Source: Octopus bimaculoides (lineage: Eukaryota). From it: DNA of 34,904 bases. Under the pieces are notes generated by a model. The model had not been told where the DNA came from, made no database searches, and saw only the letters and a program-made list of their open reading frames with translations. A program made the translations under genes and the position numbers. Position 1 is the first letter of the stretch; each line of letters starts with the position of its first letter. Below are positions 33,926-34,904 of the stretch, piece by piece. The stretch covers positions 40,008,427 through 40,043,330 of the forward strand of contig NC_068986.1 of NCBI RefSeq assembly GCF_001194135.2, given 5' to 3'.

Positions 33926-34296
33926 GGCGCAGGAGTGGCTGTGTGGTAAGTAGTTTGCTTACCAACCGCATGGTTCTGGGTTCAGTCCCACTGAGTGGCA
34001 CCTTGGGCAAGTGTCTTCAACTATAGACTCGGGCCGACCAAAGCCTTGTGAGTGGATTTGGTAGACGGAAACTGAAAGAAACCCGTCGTATATATATGTA
34101 TATATATGTGTGTGTGTGTTTGTGCTTGACAACTAATGCTTGTGTGTTTACTTCCCCGTAACTTAGCGGTTCGGCAAAAGAAACCGATAGAATAAGTACT
34201 AGGCTTACAAAGAATAAGTCCTGGGGTCGATTTGCTCGACTAAAGGCGGTGCTCCAGCATGGCCGCAGTCAAACGACTGAAACAAGTAAAAGAGTA
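33926..34296 (+). mobile_element. SINE family A (tRNA-derived head, CORE-like ccttgggcaagt segment, internal microsatellite)
   Basis: A-box-like tggctgtgtgg, B-box-like ggttcagtccc, caccttgggcaagtgtc resembling CORE-SINE core (from memory), tail ..gactgaaacaagtaaaagagta. Confidence 0.92.
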
Positions 34297-34299
34297 TAC

Positions 34300-34450
34300 A
34301 TTGGTTTTAAATTTTGACACAAGGTTAGCAATTTCTGAGAAGTGGGTAAGTCGATTGCATCGACCCCGGTAGTTAACTGGTATTTATTTTATCGACCCCG
34401 AGAGGATGAAAGGCAAAGGTGACCTCGGCAGCATTTAGACACAGAACTCA
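34300..34450 (-). mobile_element. SINE family B 3' fragment
   Basis: Reverse complement of the central domain and ccttgtgtcaaaattt tail. Confidence 0.8.
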
Positions 34451-34544
34451 AGAATCTTCTCGTTGGTTCATGATGTCTATGCAAATAGTATCAACAATAG
34501 CTTCGGATATATTTTAGATTGTAACAGAAATGTGATGAGTGAAC

Positions 34545-34904
34545 ATGCATATGCGCGCGTGCGTATATATATATAATTGTATATATAACCCCCATTCACA
34601 CATACCTCCCATACACCTACACACACCTTACATATATACCGCCCACATACATGACAAACATACATGCGCGCCCTCACACACACATATAGACGAACGCACA
34701 TATATACACACACACACCCATATATACGCGCACGCCTACATACACAGCCGCATACACATACACACAGGAGTGCACACACAAAATAACACACATACCTGGC
34801 ACACATCCTTACGCTCTCACACACATACGCACGCACACACATAAACACACCTCTCACATACACAAAACCACACACACACATACACATATACACACATGCA
34901 CACA
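34545..34904. repeat. CA-rich low-complexity array
   Basis: Direct reading. Confidence 0.93.

Overview
Repeat-dominated, AT-rich animal genomic DNA with four N gaps. The repeat repertoire and microsatellite density suggest a coleoid cephalopod (Octopus-like); this is an inference. No intact host gene, RNA gene or CRISPR array can be supported, and most listed ORFs are microsatellite read-through or decayed transposon fragments. DNA transposons: a complete but dead maT/DD37D Tc1-mariner, a hAT Charlie/Buster-type transposase remnant, an internally deleted hATm-like element containing an inverted duplication, and a small TIR MITE family. Retroelements: many fragments of RLE-type (R4/Dong/NeSL-like) non-LTR elements, Tx1/L1-clade and RTE-clade LINE 3' ends, and at least two tRNA-headed SINE families. 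The most interesting signal is target-site partitioning among retroelements. One RLE group sits in (AAT)n arrays in a fixed orientation and another sits in (CATA)n arrays. A SINE subfamily carrying a Tx1-like 3' tail inserts at GAATC(G)TTAGC, a motif present in its own head, which produces self-nesting. There is also an old ~200-bp duplication whose differences fall mostly at third codon positions, suggesting a decayed, unidentified repeat-protein sequence. All alignments were done by eye.
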